A DNA stretch of 64,000 nt from Camelus dromedarius (lineage: Eukaryota): contig NC_087447.1 in assembly GCF_036321535.1 (NCBI RefSeq), positions 42,906,001 through 42,970,000 of the forward strand, in the 5' to 3' direction. Positions 1 to 12,572 of this stretch are shown piece by piece. The position numbers were made by a program, and so were the translations under genes. The notes beneath the pieces are model-generated. The model was not told where the DNA came from. It worked only from the letters and a program-made list of their open reading frames with translations, and searched no databases. How positions within the stretch are numbered: the stretch's first letter is position 1; each line of letters starts with the position of its first letter.

Positions 1-3000
1 CCCCTTTGAAAGATGTGGAAACTGAGACACAGATGTTAAGTGACCACCTAAGAGATATACAGCCGACTATTGGCAATGTTAGGACCAGAGCACAGGTTCC
101 TGCCTTAGCCGTGTGTTCAATGATTAGGTTAAATTGCTTCTCTCTGTGCACTGCAGTGAGAGAAGTAGGATTCCATTTGGATTTTCCTGTCTTTACAATC
201 TTTGAAGTAACCCGAGGCCTTGCTGGGGAGAGGGCTGGGACCCAGCCTAGCTTGGTCTTGGTTATCTTTATCCGGTAAAGGCATTTAGCCCCCAGCCCAC
301 TCCTCAGCCTGTGCTAGCCTATGAGTGCCAGGGGAAGCCAGAAGTCTATGAGGCCACAGGCAAGAGGAACCCCTGGCACTGGGCACCTCCTTGTGTGTTC
401 CACGAGGACTCCTTCATGCTCAGAACTGATCACTGACTTCGTGTCACCACAGGAGGACTTTTGTTACAGCAGAGCAGCTGTGAACAAGTACCTGGGACTT
501 GGTACTACGTGAGCTGATGGTGAAAACAGATTGCTGCTGAAACTGAGATTTGAAAGTTCTAGGATGGGTTTTCTAGTGGCTTGATCTCTGCAATCTCATG
601 AGCATTTTATCCCATCACTTTCCCTGCCTCCAGTAGGATGTTTTTGAATAAACTTAGACATCTGTTTGGCACTAGCTGTTGCCTAAGCTTCCTAATATTG
701 GTTCAGCCACTCTAAAGAAAGACCATGAAGAAAGATAACTCTACAGCAGAATCCCTTCAGATCCCAAGGGAAATTGGAAGACATTTCAATGGCTTTAATT
801 CATGCTTCTGAACTAGTCGACTGCTGAAAAATACATGCACTCCTTTCCTCAAAGCTCTCATGGAGTCAAGGCTGGCAGCGTCACAGACAGCGCTGTCTGA
901 ACCGAGTTCACCTGCAAGAGGGACCTCTCCTGCTCACAGTGTGGCCCCAGATCTTCAATAGAGGACTTTAAGGCCACCAAGTTGCTGCTCAAGGATTGAG
1001 AGGAGTCTAGGATGTATTTTCAGTAAATGATTCACAAGTAGTAGGCATTCCTGTGGTTCAGATTATTAAGAGTGATGCAGAGGAGTAAAGGATTATGACT
1101 CTGATGAATAGCATTTATGCCATTATCAAAGCGTTTTGATGCCTGAGCTCTTGATTTGATTCTTACAAGCTGTGAGATTTACATTAACCTGCAGAGGAGG
1201 ATATTAAAACCCAGAAATGGAAAATGATTTGCTCACGTACGTACTCTAAACCTTGACGTAAGTGAGGAAATACTAAGCATCCTGCCTAATGTGCTCTGTC
1301 CTACGTAGGAATCAAGCCGAATTCTCCCCCGGTCTGGCTTCCTGAATTTTGTACTCTCTAGAAAGCCTGTCTCCTTTATAGCCTGATTTCATCCACAGAC
1401 CAAACCCAAGATCTTTGTCTAGGTCTCCTACTCCATGAGAAGACAGATTCTTGCTTCTAGGCCTCAGATTTCCTTAACTCAGCCTAGGGAAAATACCCTT
1501 GCCAAATTCTCCCAAGTCTCCAAGATTTGGGTTTTGAGGTTTCACTCATACTGGCTTTCACTTTAGATTTTCTGGAATCCACTTATTCCTTTCCTCTTCC
1601 TTCCACCTCAGACTCTAGGATCCTCTTTGCTTTTTCCATCTTCTCCGATCATCAGGGCACTGGGCACTCCTCAGTTTGTCTCTCTTCACCAACCATGATC
1701 ATTTTCCCATTTGACTCTGGTCAGTTAGCAGATATCAGCATAGTTACATCTGAGCTGGAGGGACACTCGCTACCAGCAAGAGCAGTTTTCCTGTTCAAAA
1801 TCAACTTGTGAAATCACTTGCAGGTAAAGTTAGTTCCCTCCTCAGCTGTCTGATTCAGTTGTTTCAAGATCTTCTGCTGTTAAACCAGTCTACTTAATCT
1901 GAAGCAGCTGAAACACTCAAATATCCCAAGGATTTAATACACAAATCTATTTACCTCTATCTTTGTCTCTAATCTGTTTCTTTTAGCCAGGGTGAAGGCC
2001 TTCAATGTGTTTCCAAAACACAATTCCCAAGTCATTGGTCTCTTCTACTGCACATTTACATGGTGTTCAGTCTTTGACAAGTTTAACTTCTACAACAAAA
2101 ACGTGAAACCAGAAGTGAGTAGGCAAAGCTCCAGAGTAGCAATAAGAACAGATGTCACAAACCTCACACATTATATTCTGTATGAGACTATAAACCTGAT
2201 CTAGTCAGCATACTTGGTATAGCAAGCTTAGTTACGTGATTTTCTTTGGGAATTTTTAGTTTTCCTATATTACAGCAGTAAGCAGAGTAGAAGCAGGGAG
2301 TCCGGACTTCTGTAACAGCAGCTAACAGCAAGGGAAAGACAAGAAACATCACCTGGAAAAGTACCACGATGTGGGGTCATTCACTGAAAGGACAAGCTAA
2401 GCCCTACATACCTAGAGGTTCCCTAAAGCACCAATGAACTACAGAACACCCCAGCAATAGAGGTTCATCAGAGTTCCTTTACATCACTAAAAAATGGTCC
2501 TGTTAGGCTCCATGTACTCTGTTTAGTAAGGGTAGTGTGCAAATCATTTTAGAAGTACTCCTTTTCAAAATAGTATTTTAAAGCCAACTGCATTTTGTTA
2601 CTGAAAGAGATGTTTCAGATATCTGGAAAATTAATTTCTGCGGAACACCACCCTATCTGCCAGCAACTTTATCCCAGCAATATTATCTTGCTGTAAGAAC
2701 CTGAAATTTATATTAAACTTGGGGTATGTGCACCAAGTGTCTGTTTATTGACTTCTCAATCACATCTTACTGGGGCACTGGCCTTCTACCTAGTGGCACA
2801 AAATTCAAGACCAGGCAGCAGATTTCTGAGTCTGGGCCCAGTCTTGGATTCCTTTATGAGTTTGGAAAATTTGGGTAATCGCTCTGTGTCTCAATTTCCC
2901 TTCTGGTTAAAATGAAGGAACAATGTTTTCTCTGAATTGTGGCAATACCTTGTGGCGATCATTAGAATGGTAATGTTGGCACATTGAACTCCAGAAAAAG

Positions 3001-5239
3001 ATCAAGGTGGAAAGAATGGGGAGAGGGAAGGCAGCAGGGAGCAGAGCACAGATCAATAGGATTAGATGGGTGAAGGGTTATACAGGCGACTAGTAGAAGA
3101 GGTTGAAAGTCATACAATTCAGACAGGTCACAGGTAAGGCAGGTTGCAAACAGAATTAAAGAGACAGATAAAGTGGTGAAAGACAAAGAAAACAAAGGGA
3201 CAGGGACATACAGTTTGAGAGGAGAGAAAATTAGGGGCAAGTGAGCCGATGCTAGGCCTTGGAGTAAGAGGCGGCTCCCTTCAGTCCTCAGAGATGACCT
3301 GAGCTATCAGAGTAAATGTTTCTCGCAATTTTGACTTCTCTTCCTCCCTGAACTAGAAAATAGTTTATTTTCACTTGCAAACCTCAAAATGTATACTTTT
3401 TCCCTCATGAAGTGTGAAGGTTTTATATGTGAAGACGAAGTCAAGGTGTCAGTTAAGCTTGGAGGTGTCAGTGATTGCCTTGTACAGATGCTCCAGCTGG
3501 CCAGACACTTTCACCTCTCATTTGACTTCTTAACAATCCTTGATGCTAGAGAAGGCAGGTGGCATCATCTCCATTGACATATGAGCTCCTCCTGTGTGTG
3601 AGGCATGGAATGTCAGAGAACTGGGCCCCATTCCAAGTTCTTCTCCAACCTTAGCTTGCTCTCAAGAAGCCCTTTCCTTCCTACCTTCCAGGCTTTGGAG
3701 ACTCAGCCTGCTTTCTTGGTCCAGGAAGTTGGCCCTCCCTTTGTCCCTACTTGCCTTGTAGCGCTGGCAGCAGGGTGCAATGGAGGGTCTCAACTCCCCT
3801 CATTCTTTCTGTACATGAAATAAGGACCTTTCATTTTAATATTTTGTAGCTCTTCACTCCAGAGAGTCAGATGAAGTATCAAAAATAACTAACACACAGC
3901 ATAATAGGTTTCAGAAATGCGCCTGTGTTTGTAGAGTCTATAGAAATGGGGTCGAGGCTGGCTTCCTCATAGCACTTTCTGAGTCTCTTACTCAGAATTT
4001 CCTTATAGAGATTTCCCAGGTTCTTGTTACTGTTAACAGTGCTTCACCCCATCTCCTGATAACCTTGGCTGCCTTGAGATTGGCTGTAGGTATGGACATG
4101 AAAGAGACCAGTGTAGTCCTCAGTATCTTAGGACATGTTACTGACCTCATACTGCCTGCTAGATGTTATGGGAGCAGGGCCAGCAGATCCAGCTCGAGAT
4201 AAACTGCAAGAGTTTTCACTATTCTTCCGTGGCTCAATCTACATGCTCTGCCTCCCCTCTATCATTTACGTTAACTCACGGTTCATGATATACAATGAGT
4301 AATCAGGGAGGGGAGTTGGTAACTCCCTGCAGATGTGATCTCTACCCCTAATCAGCAAAGTTTTCCCTTTGGGGATTTAATCTTGTGCATATCTTGTGAC
4401 ATATAGCACCTGATCATTATTGCTTGGAATGGTCCTAGATGGATTCTGGTGCTCTTAATGCTTGGCATCAAAGATCTCACTGAGAATCAGTTGTGTCATG
4501 GGTAGATAAGATGATCACCAGACTGCATTAAATACACACGTCAAGTAGGGAAAAGGTGGAAGAGTCCAGTTCAAAGGATTGGGCTGTCACATATTACAAA
4601 AGGGAATATGATGATTGTTGGATATTCTTACCCATAGATAAGGAAATACAGAGTATTAGAGGACTTTGTTAGTGTGTAACCAGGACAGCAAGGGGACACC
4701 AAGGGATGCAGGCCAGGACATGTTTGAGATACCCTTGGTCTCTGGCCTCAGTCCCTTATGTCTGGTTTATCCCGTTTGGTTTGAGCATTCCCCCATTCTC
4801 CTTCTCTTCAACCTTTATTAGCTTGGGACTTAGACTAGACAGCAAATTGAAGCCTTTTTATTGAAGACTATTGAAATACCAAGAAGCATATAAAAAGCAG
4901 ACTTTGGTGAAATAGTGGGTACTTAGCTCATCTGCTTTACAAACTGAAAATTAAGAATAGAAAATATATACTTTGCTGATGCAGTTAAACAAATAATAAG
5001 GGGAAAGGTTTGGGAGAGAAGAAGGAGAGATGAGAAGAAATAAAAACAGAAGAAGAGAGAAAAGAAGGTTGAGAGAGACAAAGAGCAGAAGAGGGAAGGA
5101 CGAAGAGATGGAAGGACAGAATACGGGAGACGGGCAGAGGCAGACAGGCCAGAAAGAAGAGTTCTTTGAAGATCTGGGTTCTAAATCTACAAAAATCCTA
5201 CCTCAAATATCAGTCATACTTAGTAGTGAATAGTGAAAG

Positions 5240-5480
5240 GATCCCCCTGAGATCAAAGTAGGATGGCTGCTGTCACTACTGCTGTTCAACCTCACCCTGG
5301 AGGTCTTAGCTAGTGGAGTAAGGCAAGAAGAACAAATGTAAGGAGGGGAAGATATAAAACTCACTAGTCATAGACGACATGATTTGTATGCACAGGAAAT
5401 CTCAAAGTGACTTTAGTAAGGTCTCTAGGTACAAGGTCAATACAAAAATCAGTTGTGTTTGTATATATGAACGCAAATAA
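5240..5480 (+). mobile_element. Degraded L1 ORF2 (RT region) fragment
   Basis: ccccctgagatca...ctgttcaacctcaccctggaggtcttagctagtggagtaaggcaagaa resembles L1 PLRSG..LFNIVLEVLARAIRQE. Confidence 0.65.
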
Positions 5481-5529
5481 AGAGAAATGGAAATGTGTCA
5501 AATGAGGTGTTCAGTAACATACAAAACTT

Positions 5530-5790
5530 CAGATGCTTTCCTGAGCTTCATTTTTCTCAAGTGTAAAATTAGGGCCACAACAGTAATAACAGTAACAGTA
5601 ACAGCAGCAGTGGCAGCACTGGGGCTTGTTGAGTACCCCCTGCCACATGTTGCTCTAAACGTTCACATGGATTATTTCTTTTAACCTGCACAACTCTTTA
5701 ATGTTTGTTGTGAGGAGTGAATGAGGAAATGTATGTAAAACGCCTAGCAAGTTGCCTCGCATATAGTAAATTCTCAATAAATTTTAGCTA
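5530..5790 (+). mobile_element. MIR SINE remnants
   Basis: ctgagcttcatttttctcaagtgtaaaat...gttgtgagga..atgtatgtaaaacgcctagca...atagtaaattctcaataaa is a MIR core and tail. Confidence 0.6.
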
Positions 5791-5924
5791 CATAAAAATA
5801 GTCATTATTTTGGAGAGACTCCTAGTCTTAGTTGTTAGTAGAACTAAGCTGCTATTCATTTGGCTTACAATTTATAGAGTAAACAGTCATGCATTACTGG
5901 TTTTTTTAAAAAATTGTAAATAGC

Positions 5925-6695
5925 TCATTAGTTTGTTTATTCAGCCAGGCACTGCTCTTGGGGCTAGGGATAGAGTGGGTAAGCAAAGTAGACAAAATCC
6001 ATACCCTAATGGAGTTTATGGTTTAGCAGGGGAAACAGGCATTAACCAAATGGTGTCACAGATTGTGCTGTGAGAATAAAGCACAGGAGTTATGAGATCG
6101 TAGAAGAGGGAACTGGTCTGGGCTGGAGCAAAAATTCACAGGTGAGCTGAGTTCAGAAGGTAAGTAGAACAGGGGCTGGGCTAGGAGAATGTCCCATGCA
6201 GAGGAAGCAGTCTGTCTAAAGCTTGTGTGTAGAGGGAGAGCTTGGCATGTTTTAGGAACTGAGAAAATGTCTGAGTGTCTGGAGCTCAGAGAATGAGGAG
6301 GGCCATTGTATGAACTAGGGCTGCAAAGCAGGACGGGGGACAGGTTACCAAGGCCTTGGGAGCCTTGTTAAGCATTTTCACAGTTATCCTAAGAACAGTG
6401 GAGCACACGAGGGTTTTATGCAGAGGAATGATGTGGTCAGATTTGTGTTTTGAAAGTATTTCTCTACTGAGGAGGCTACTACTGTAGTTTGGGAAAATAT
6501 GAAAGTATAACCCAGGCTGGGGCAGCAGCAGAGAGAGGAATAGTGGGAGTATTTGCAAGGTGTTTAAGGGGTAGAATTGATGAGGTTTGGTGTTAGCTTG
6601 GGTGAAGGAGGAGGGTTGGCCTGATGCCTCCTTCCTGGGATCTGACTTGAAGAACTGGATGACTAAGGTGACATCACTGAGATGGGACAGTCTTT
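5925..6695 (-). mobile_element. L2 LINE 3' fragment
   Basis: Typical antisense L2 text (ccaggcactgctctt...gacaaaatcc...gaatgatgtggtcagatttgtgttttgaaag); explains the spurious 138-aa minus ORF. Confidence 0.7.
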
Positions 6696-7554
6696 TCTTC
6701 ACTGTTAAATAGCTTTACTAATTTTATATTGAAACTTGAGGATATATTTGAAGTATTTATTTTCCAGTGGAAAGTTGAATGTCGTATTCATGGGGAAAAG
6801 AATGACAGGTTTAAGATGATTTTAGGAGCTTAGAGATATTTACTCCTTGTTTCCTCTTTGAATTTTGAAAGATGTCAAATTGTTATACCTATAGCCTTTA
6901 AAAAAAAAGGCAGGGATATCAAACTTATAAATTCCTGAAGGTTTAGAGCCAGTCTCCTTACTCCTCTCCTCCATTAAATCTTTCTCTAATCTGAAAAACT
7001 GCAATGGATTCAGTGCAGTAATCTATATGTCTTTAATTTCTTATCAAGCTTTTAAATCTCTTTTCCCTAGGTTACCAAGCAGTTAGAACTGAGAAACGAA
7101 TTACGGGGGTTGGAACATTATTGCCTCATTCAGTGATGGTCCAGAGTGGGTCATATTAAGATTTAGCTGCTCTGATGTTCTCTGCCTCCAGTTTAGAATG
7201 CATATAGTAGGGCTAGAAAAGACCTTCACATCTCTTGGTCAAAGCCTTCATTCAGTCTAATTCTGGTGGTGCTGGAGTTGATCTGAACAAGCCTGTGAGA
7301 AGGCCCTGGAGTTGACCCAGCTTCCCCAGGACTGATTGGAGCTCCCTAAGCTTTGGCATTATCTCAAAGAATGTCTGAGGCAGATCAGGGTTTGAGCGTT
7401 TGAACTTCCTCTCATTTGTATGTAGCAGAAACTATTCTGTAGGACCTCCAGAAGGAAAGATAGGCCACTAGTGGGTTAGTCAGAGGGGAATGTGAAGTTG
7501 AGGGTGGTCCTGCAGTCTGACCTCACTGGTAGGGTGGTGAGGGATGTAGCTGAT

Positions 7555-7680
7555 TGTGTGTGTGTGTGTGTGTGTGTGAGCGTGTATCACCCTCAGGCTA
7601 TCTCTCTCACTCTCTGTCAGTCTGTCTCTCTGTCTCTGTCTCTCATGCACGCACATACATACACACACATATGCACACAA
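7555..7680. repeat. (TG)n microsatellite followed by (TC)/(CA)-rich simple repeats
   Basis: About 12 TG units at 7555-7578; tctctc and cacaca runs to ~7680. Confidence 0.9.
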
Positions 7681-7912
7681 GAATGTACACAAGTGTCCTC
7701 AGCCTATGCCTGCCTCTCTGTGGCGCAGCCCACTAACCTCCTTGGCATAGAGGAATGGGAACAGGACTTCTCGTGCTGTCTGAGTTCCCTACAGCTACTA
7801 GACTCTGAGGCTGGAGTGAAATCTGAGCATGGGACTCATGGGCTGCATCTCTCCTCTCCCCTCCACCATTCCCAGCTAACAGCCTGACTGGCCCTTGTCT
7901 CTGCTCCTGCAG

Positions 7913-8422
7913 CACTCCACTTCTGTGAGCATCATGGGCTTTTCCAACACTGTGGAGATGGAGCTGTCTTCTACCAGGCTGGCAAGAACCCTAGAGCCAC
8001 AGATTCAGAGCATGAGCAGCCTGACAGCTGGCACCCCACAGGTGGTACCAAGCCTGCTGAGTGGCCCCCCACCAACTGTGTCCAGTCTGACAAGTCACAA
8101 TCAGGCAATGTCCAGCTTCACAGCCAGTCACCTGCCGACCATGCCCAGCCTTGTGCGTGGCACACCCCAATCCATGCCCAGCCTGATAAGTGATCCCTCC
8201 CAGGCCATCACAAGCCTGGCAAGTGATCACTCTCAGGCCAGGCCCAGCCTGGTGTCTGGTCCCACCCAGGCTGTGCCAGGCTGTCCTCTGCAGAGCTTGC
8301 CTCCGGCTTCTGACGTGCAGCCGGAAACTGGATCCAGCTGCAGTCCTGGCTCTGGCCGAGCTGCAGCGAGCCTGTGCCCTGGGGATGGGGCTGACCCCTC
8401 CCTGGGGAATGCCCTGTGCAAG
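7913..8422 (+). CDS. TRIM66: TRIM66 internal coding exon (Ser/Pro/Thr-rich linker, HSTSVSIMGF...GNALCK)
   Basis: Acceptor ctcctgcag|7913, donor AAG|gtaggt; 510 nt, phase 0-0; translation resembles the recalled TRIM66 linker (MELSSTRL..LEPQIQS...GADPSL.NALCK). Confidence 0.9.
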
Positions 8423-8583
8423 GTAGGTCTTTGGGGAAATGCCATTCGAATTCCTCTGCTCATCATGGGGCAGAAAGGTGGCCCCTGAAGGCCTTATCTG
8501 GGCCTTAGCTTAACAGCTCTGTGACTGCCGACAGCAAAAATGTCTGATTTCTTTGGTTCTTGTTGGCCTTTCTCTTTTGAAAG

Positions 8584-8776
8584 ATGGAAAATGAGGATTC
8601 TACCCGCTTCACTGACTCTCTGGGACAAGGCCCCACAGCTGCTGGTCTGGATGCTTCTAAGGACTTAGCTATCCCCTCAGAGCTGGAGGAGCCAATTAAC
8701 CTCTCTGTGAAGAAACCTGCACTGGTCCCTGTGGGCAACACTTCCGTGGCCCTGCAGCAGTACCGGAGCCCAAAAG
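8584..8776 (+). CDS. TRIM66: TRIM66 coding exon (MENEDSTRF...LEEPINLSVKKP...SPK)
   Basis: Pyrimidine tract plus aag|ATG acceptor, donor AAAG|gtgaga; 193 nt, phase 0-1; in frame with flanking exons. Confidence 0.9.
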
Positions 8777-9650
8777 GTGAGACTTAAGCCAGCAGCCTGC
8801 CTTTTGTGCTGGCCACACACTGGAGCGGATGGGCTTGGCACTGCCAGGTGAGAACAAGGTCAGTGGAGTGACCTCTGAGCCTGAGGGGCAGTGTTTCTCT
8901 CTTCGGCTAAGTTCACTTCTCCCTTCAGACTGACTTACTGGTGCCTGTTCTCTTTCCTTCACTGTGGCCAGGGCTGATCCAGGCATGGCCAGGACTTAGC
9001 CTCCTTATAACATACAGAAGTTCTGGGGGTCTGGGTTCTATATGGGGGAAATAGGAAGAGCTCACCCCAGAAGGGTTAGCCTTGGCAAAATATTTTAGGG
9101 AAGACAGCCTGTCTGACTTTGGAATCAGATAGATCTAAGTTAGCAAACCAGCTCTGTCTCTTTATGTTTGAACCTGGGCAGGACACCTAACCTTTCTGAG
9201 TTAGTTTCTTTCTCTGTAAACGGGGCTAATCATAGCTAATTCACAGGCCACTGGGACAAATAGCTACAGTGATATCATTTGCTGACTTCCTCTGTGGTAG
9301 CAAGAATTTGCCTTGTGCCTGGCTTTAATGTGGATTTGTGCCTCATGGTAAAGGAAATTTGGAACGGTGGAGATTGGCTCTGATTCTCTTCGCGGCTACC
9401 CAAACCCCGTCTCAAGTGGGGCTAGGCTACGGTTTCCTTCCTTCTGGGGAAGGGGAGGGCTAGTTGGAAAGTTACATAGCAACTGCCTGCTGAGCACCGG
9501 GAGCTCTCACAGTTCAGTGTGGGATTCGCGTTTGGTTTGTAATGATCCGCCTATTTCCTACATATTTAATAAATGAAAACAAAACAGTTTTTCTCCTTTT
9601 CTCCTCATACTTGTTCTTCTTAACTGCACAGTGATGTAACCCTGAATTTT

Positions 9651-9823
9651 TTTTGTGGGTTTAAAAAAATTCTTTTATTTAAAAAAATTTTTTTTGTGTG
9701 GGGGAGGTAACTAGGTTTATTTATTTACTTATTTACTTACTTAATGGAGGTACTGAGGATTGAATCCAGGACCTCATGCATGCTAAGCACATAGTCTACC
9801 ACTGGGCTATACTCACCCCCACA
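9651..9823 (-). mobile_element. tRNA-derived SINE (camelid type) with TSD
   Basis: Reverse complement reads GGGGGTGAGTATAGCCCAGTGGTAGAC..GCTTAGCATGCATGAGGTCCTGGATTCAATCC (A/B boxes); TSD atgtaaccctgaatttt 9634-9650 vs atgcaactctgaatttt 9824-9840. Confidence 0.85.
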
Positions 9824-10416
9824 ATGCAACTCTGAATTTTAAGCAGTTAAATTTTTTGGACCCTGCTTGCCCTTGGAAAGTGCCCAGGAGAGTGCCTGGT
9901 GTTGAGTGGGCACTCAGTGAACGCTAGTGTCCTCCTCCCTGCACTGCCTCCTGCCCATCTATAGACTGCACTTCTCAGGGGAGGGCTCCTGGAAGCCTCT
10001 GGCCCACGGAGGGTGAGCTGGATTCACAGGCCGTGCTGAGATCCCAGCACTTGGCTGAAAATGCAGGGGCCGGACAGAATGACTCCTAAGAGCAGGTAAC
10101 ACCAGTGGATGGGAAACAAGTGATTTCTGAGCTTATTTTGGAGATGAGAAGCTGGCCCCTCAGCACCTGACCCAACACTTACCCCCTAGGTAGCTGACTG
10201 TTACCTGTGTTTATCTTTTTAAAAGAAGGTGGCTTCTTCTCTCTCAGGAAGGGAAGCTATGATAGGATTGTCACCACTATGAATGTTCACAGCGTGAGTT
10301 ACAGTGGTGGCATAGGTGTATGGCCAAAGTGTGAGTCACAGATATGAGTGAGAGGTGTGGGCGACAAGGGGTGTTATCATAAATGTATTTATGCATTTAT
10401 TTATTTTTTGCCTTAG

Positions 10417-10477
10417 AGTATGAGACTTATGAACAAGGAGCCCTAGGGCTGGATACAAAAGGGAACCAGAGCATCAG
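10417..10477 (+). CDS. TRIM66: TRIM66 small coding exon (EYETYEQGALGLDTKGNQSIR)
   Basis: ttttttgccttag| acceptor, CAG|gtaaca donor; 61 nt, phase 1-2, bridges the neighbouring exons in frame. Confidence 0.85.
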
Positions 10478-10930
10478 GTAACAGACTCCTGGCCCAGCCT
10501 CCCTCTCCAACCCCCAACTTCATGTCCTGAGAGATTGGCACAGGAAGTGAGCATCCTTGATGACTTAACTAGAAGCAGAAGATTTCCTGCAGCTGTCTTC
10601 TTTACTCCTCAGACGCTGGGATGGGGTCTGTGTGGTTGGGTGTCTGGAATGGTTGTGGGAAGATGTCCTGGCTCCTGAGCCAAGAGGCATGCACTCTGTG
10701 TGCAGTCTTCCTTCTTCAGGGATCCTCCTGCTTTGATCAAAGGGCTCCCAGGGCCTCATAGGGCCTGGCCAGACAGAGTTGGGCAGCAGGATGGAATAGG
10801 GGCCTGTAGAGGGTTGGATGGAGGAGATCTTGAGCAACAGTTCAGTTGTGGGATCATGGACAAGCCTGACTGAGAGCTTGGGGCCAGAGGAGGCTCCCAC
10901 TGACACCCAGGGATGTCGTTCTTGCCATAG

Positions 10931-11105
10931 ACCCTTCAATAGTGAGCCCAAGATTCCCTATGTGCGACTGGAACGGCTCAAGATCTGTGCTGCCTCCTCA
11001 GGAGAGATGCCTGTGTTCAAGCTGAAGCCACAGAAGAATGATCAGGATGGCAGCTTCCTGCTGATCATCGAATGTGGTACTGAATCCTCCAGCATGTCCA
11101 TTAAG
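10931..11105 (+). CDS. TRIM66: TRIM66 coding exon with HP1-binding PxVxL motif (KIPYVRLERLKIC...SSSMSIK)
   Basis: cttgccatag| acceptor, AAG|gtattg donor; 175 nt, phase 2-0; PYVRL fits the TIF1-family HP1 box. Confidence 0.93.
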
Positions 11106-11414
11106 GTATTGCTTTTCTCTGCCTTCTCCTTGAACCATGGCCCAGCCTAGGAGCCACTCTTTCCTCTCTGCTTCTGGCAGAATTTTGGCTCTGGCCTTGT
11201 TCTGAGTCTCTGAGTGGGGCTACAGCTTGGCTAGACATTATTCCCTGCTGCATGGGGCCTGTAAGATGCACATTAGGAGTGTCCCAGTGTTACTGGGGCC
11301 TAGCTGGCTAGTGGTCCTGGAATAAGCCAGCGCGCATGGCTTGTCATCCCTCCTCTCCTTCCCTCAACAATTTGGTGCTGGGCTCTGACTGCTCGGACAC
11401 TCTTCTTCCCTCAG

Positions 11415-11704
11415 GTCAGCCAGAACAACCTGCCTGATGCCATCCAGGCCCCAAATCTGGGGGGAAGAAAGGTCACTGTCACATCTCTGGCTGAGCAGCG
11501 GCCCCCAGATGCGGAGAATTCACCTTCTGAAGAACACAGGCTCATTCCTCGAACCCCTGGAGCTAAGAAGGGGCCCCCAGTACCAATAGAGAATGAGGAT
11601 TTCTGTGCTGTGTGCCTCAATGGGGGAGAGTTGCTATGCTGTGACCGCTGCCCCAAAGTGTACCACCTTTCCTGCCACCTGCCAGCCTTGCTTAGCTTCC
11701 CAGG
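11415..11704 (+). CDS. TRIM66: TRIM66 coding exon, start of PHD finger ([38 protein letters not shown])
   Basis: cttccctcag| acceptor, GG|gtgagt donor; 290 nt, phase 0-2; TIF1-type C4HC3 PHD pattern. Confidence 0.95.
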
Positions 11705-12086
11705 GTGAGTCATGACAACCTCAAGCCATGACCTGGATAACAGGGTGATCTTTCTCCCCGCTCTGAGCCTTCAGGAATTACAGGTCTGTGAGTTAGTGGC
11801 CCTATAGCTGTGTGCACAGACAGGTGGATACTTCCCTTCCTCCTCTGTTCCCAGCTTCCTCCTGTGCAGATTTGTCCCTGTCCTCCCCTCCCAGCCCCTT
11901 GCTAACTCCTATTTTTCTGGACTCACTAAATCCTGAGTTCTAAATTTCTTTCAGTCTCTTCAGCGCAGGTCTAGGGACTCAATTTCTCATGCCACTGCCC
12001 CCCAAGCCTGTCTTGGGGCAGAGGGACAAGGGAAGGGGCTCTGGGCAATGTGCTGAGTCCTAACTTGGCCTCACTTCCCTCTGCAG

Positions 12087-12213
12087 GGGAGATTGGGTGT
12101 GCACCTTGTGCCGCAGCCTGACCCAGCCTGAGATGGAGTACGACTGCGAAAATGCCCGTTATAACCAGCCTGGGGTGCGGGCCCCTCCTGGCCTGAGCAT
12201 ATATGATCAGAAG
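12087..12213 (+). CDS. TRIM66: TRIM66 coding exon, end of PHD and linker (GDWVCTLCRSLTQPEMEYDCEN...YDQK)
   Basis: ccctctgcag| acceptor, AAG|gtaggg donor; 127 nt, phase 2-0; WxCxxC completes the PHD. Confidence 0.95.
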
Positions 12214-12497
12214 GTAGGGAGGGGTCTCTGGGAACAAGATCCCGCACTGGGGCAGCCTCCCTGTGCCCATGGGGGCTGAGGCTTTTCTGAAGGGATGAGA
12301 GACCTGATAGTTTGGCCCATGGGGGTTCACTATGATTTTTCTTTTGCCAGCTGTTTTCCTCTGGCCTGGTAGGCTGAACTGTGGTTAGTATGGTGGCTCA
12401 TACCCAGTGGGACAGAGCCATCAGGGTCACTATCTGTAGTTCTTATTGAGGTGGGGCTGGAACAAAGTAACACTGTTGCGCATTCTGATTTCTACAG

Positions 12498-12572
12498 AGG
12501 TGTGAGAAGCTGGTACTCTCCTTGTGCTGCAACAGCCTCAGCCTGCCCTTCCACGAACCTGTCAGCCCACTG
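12498..12572 (+). CDS. TRIM66: TRIM66 coding exon, bromodomain helix Z (RCEKLVLSLCCNSLSLPFHEPVSPL)
   Basis: tttctacag| acceptor, CTG|gtaatg donor; 75 nt, phase 0-0. Confidence 0.95.

Noticed and set aside
1..7900. Additional TRIM66 coding exons (B-box, coiled coil) upstream
   Set aside because: No ORF resembles these domains. A cag|GAGGAC...gtgag candidate near 453-508 has no supporting similarity, so the region is treated as intron.
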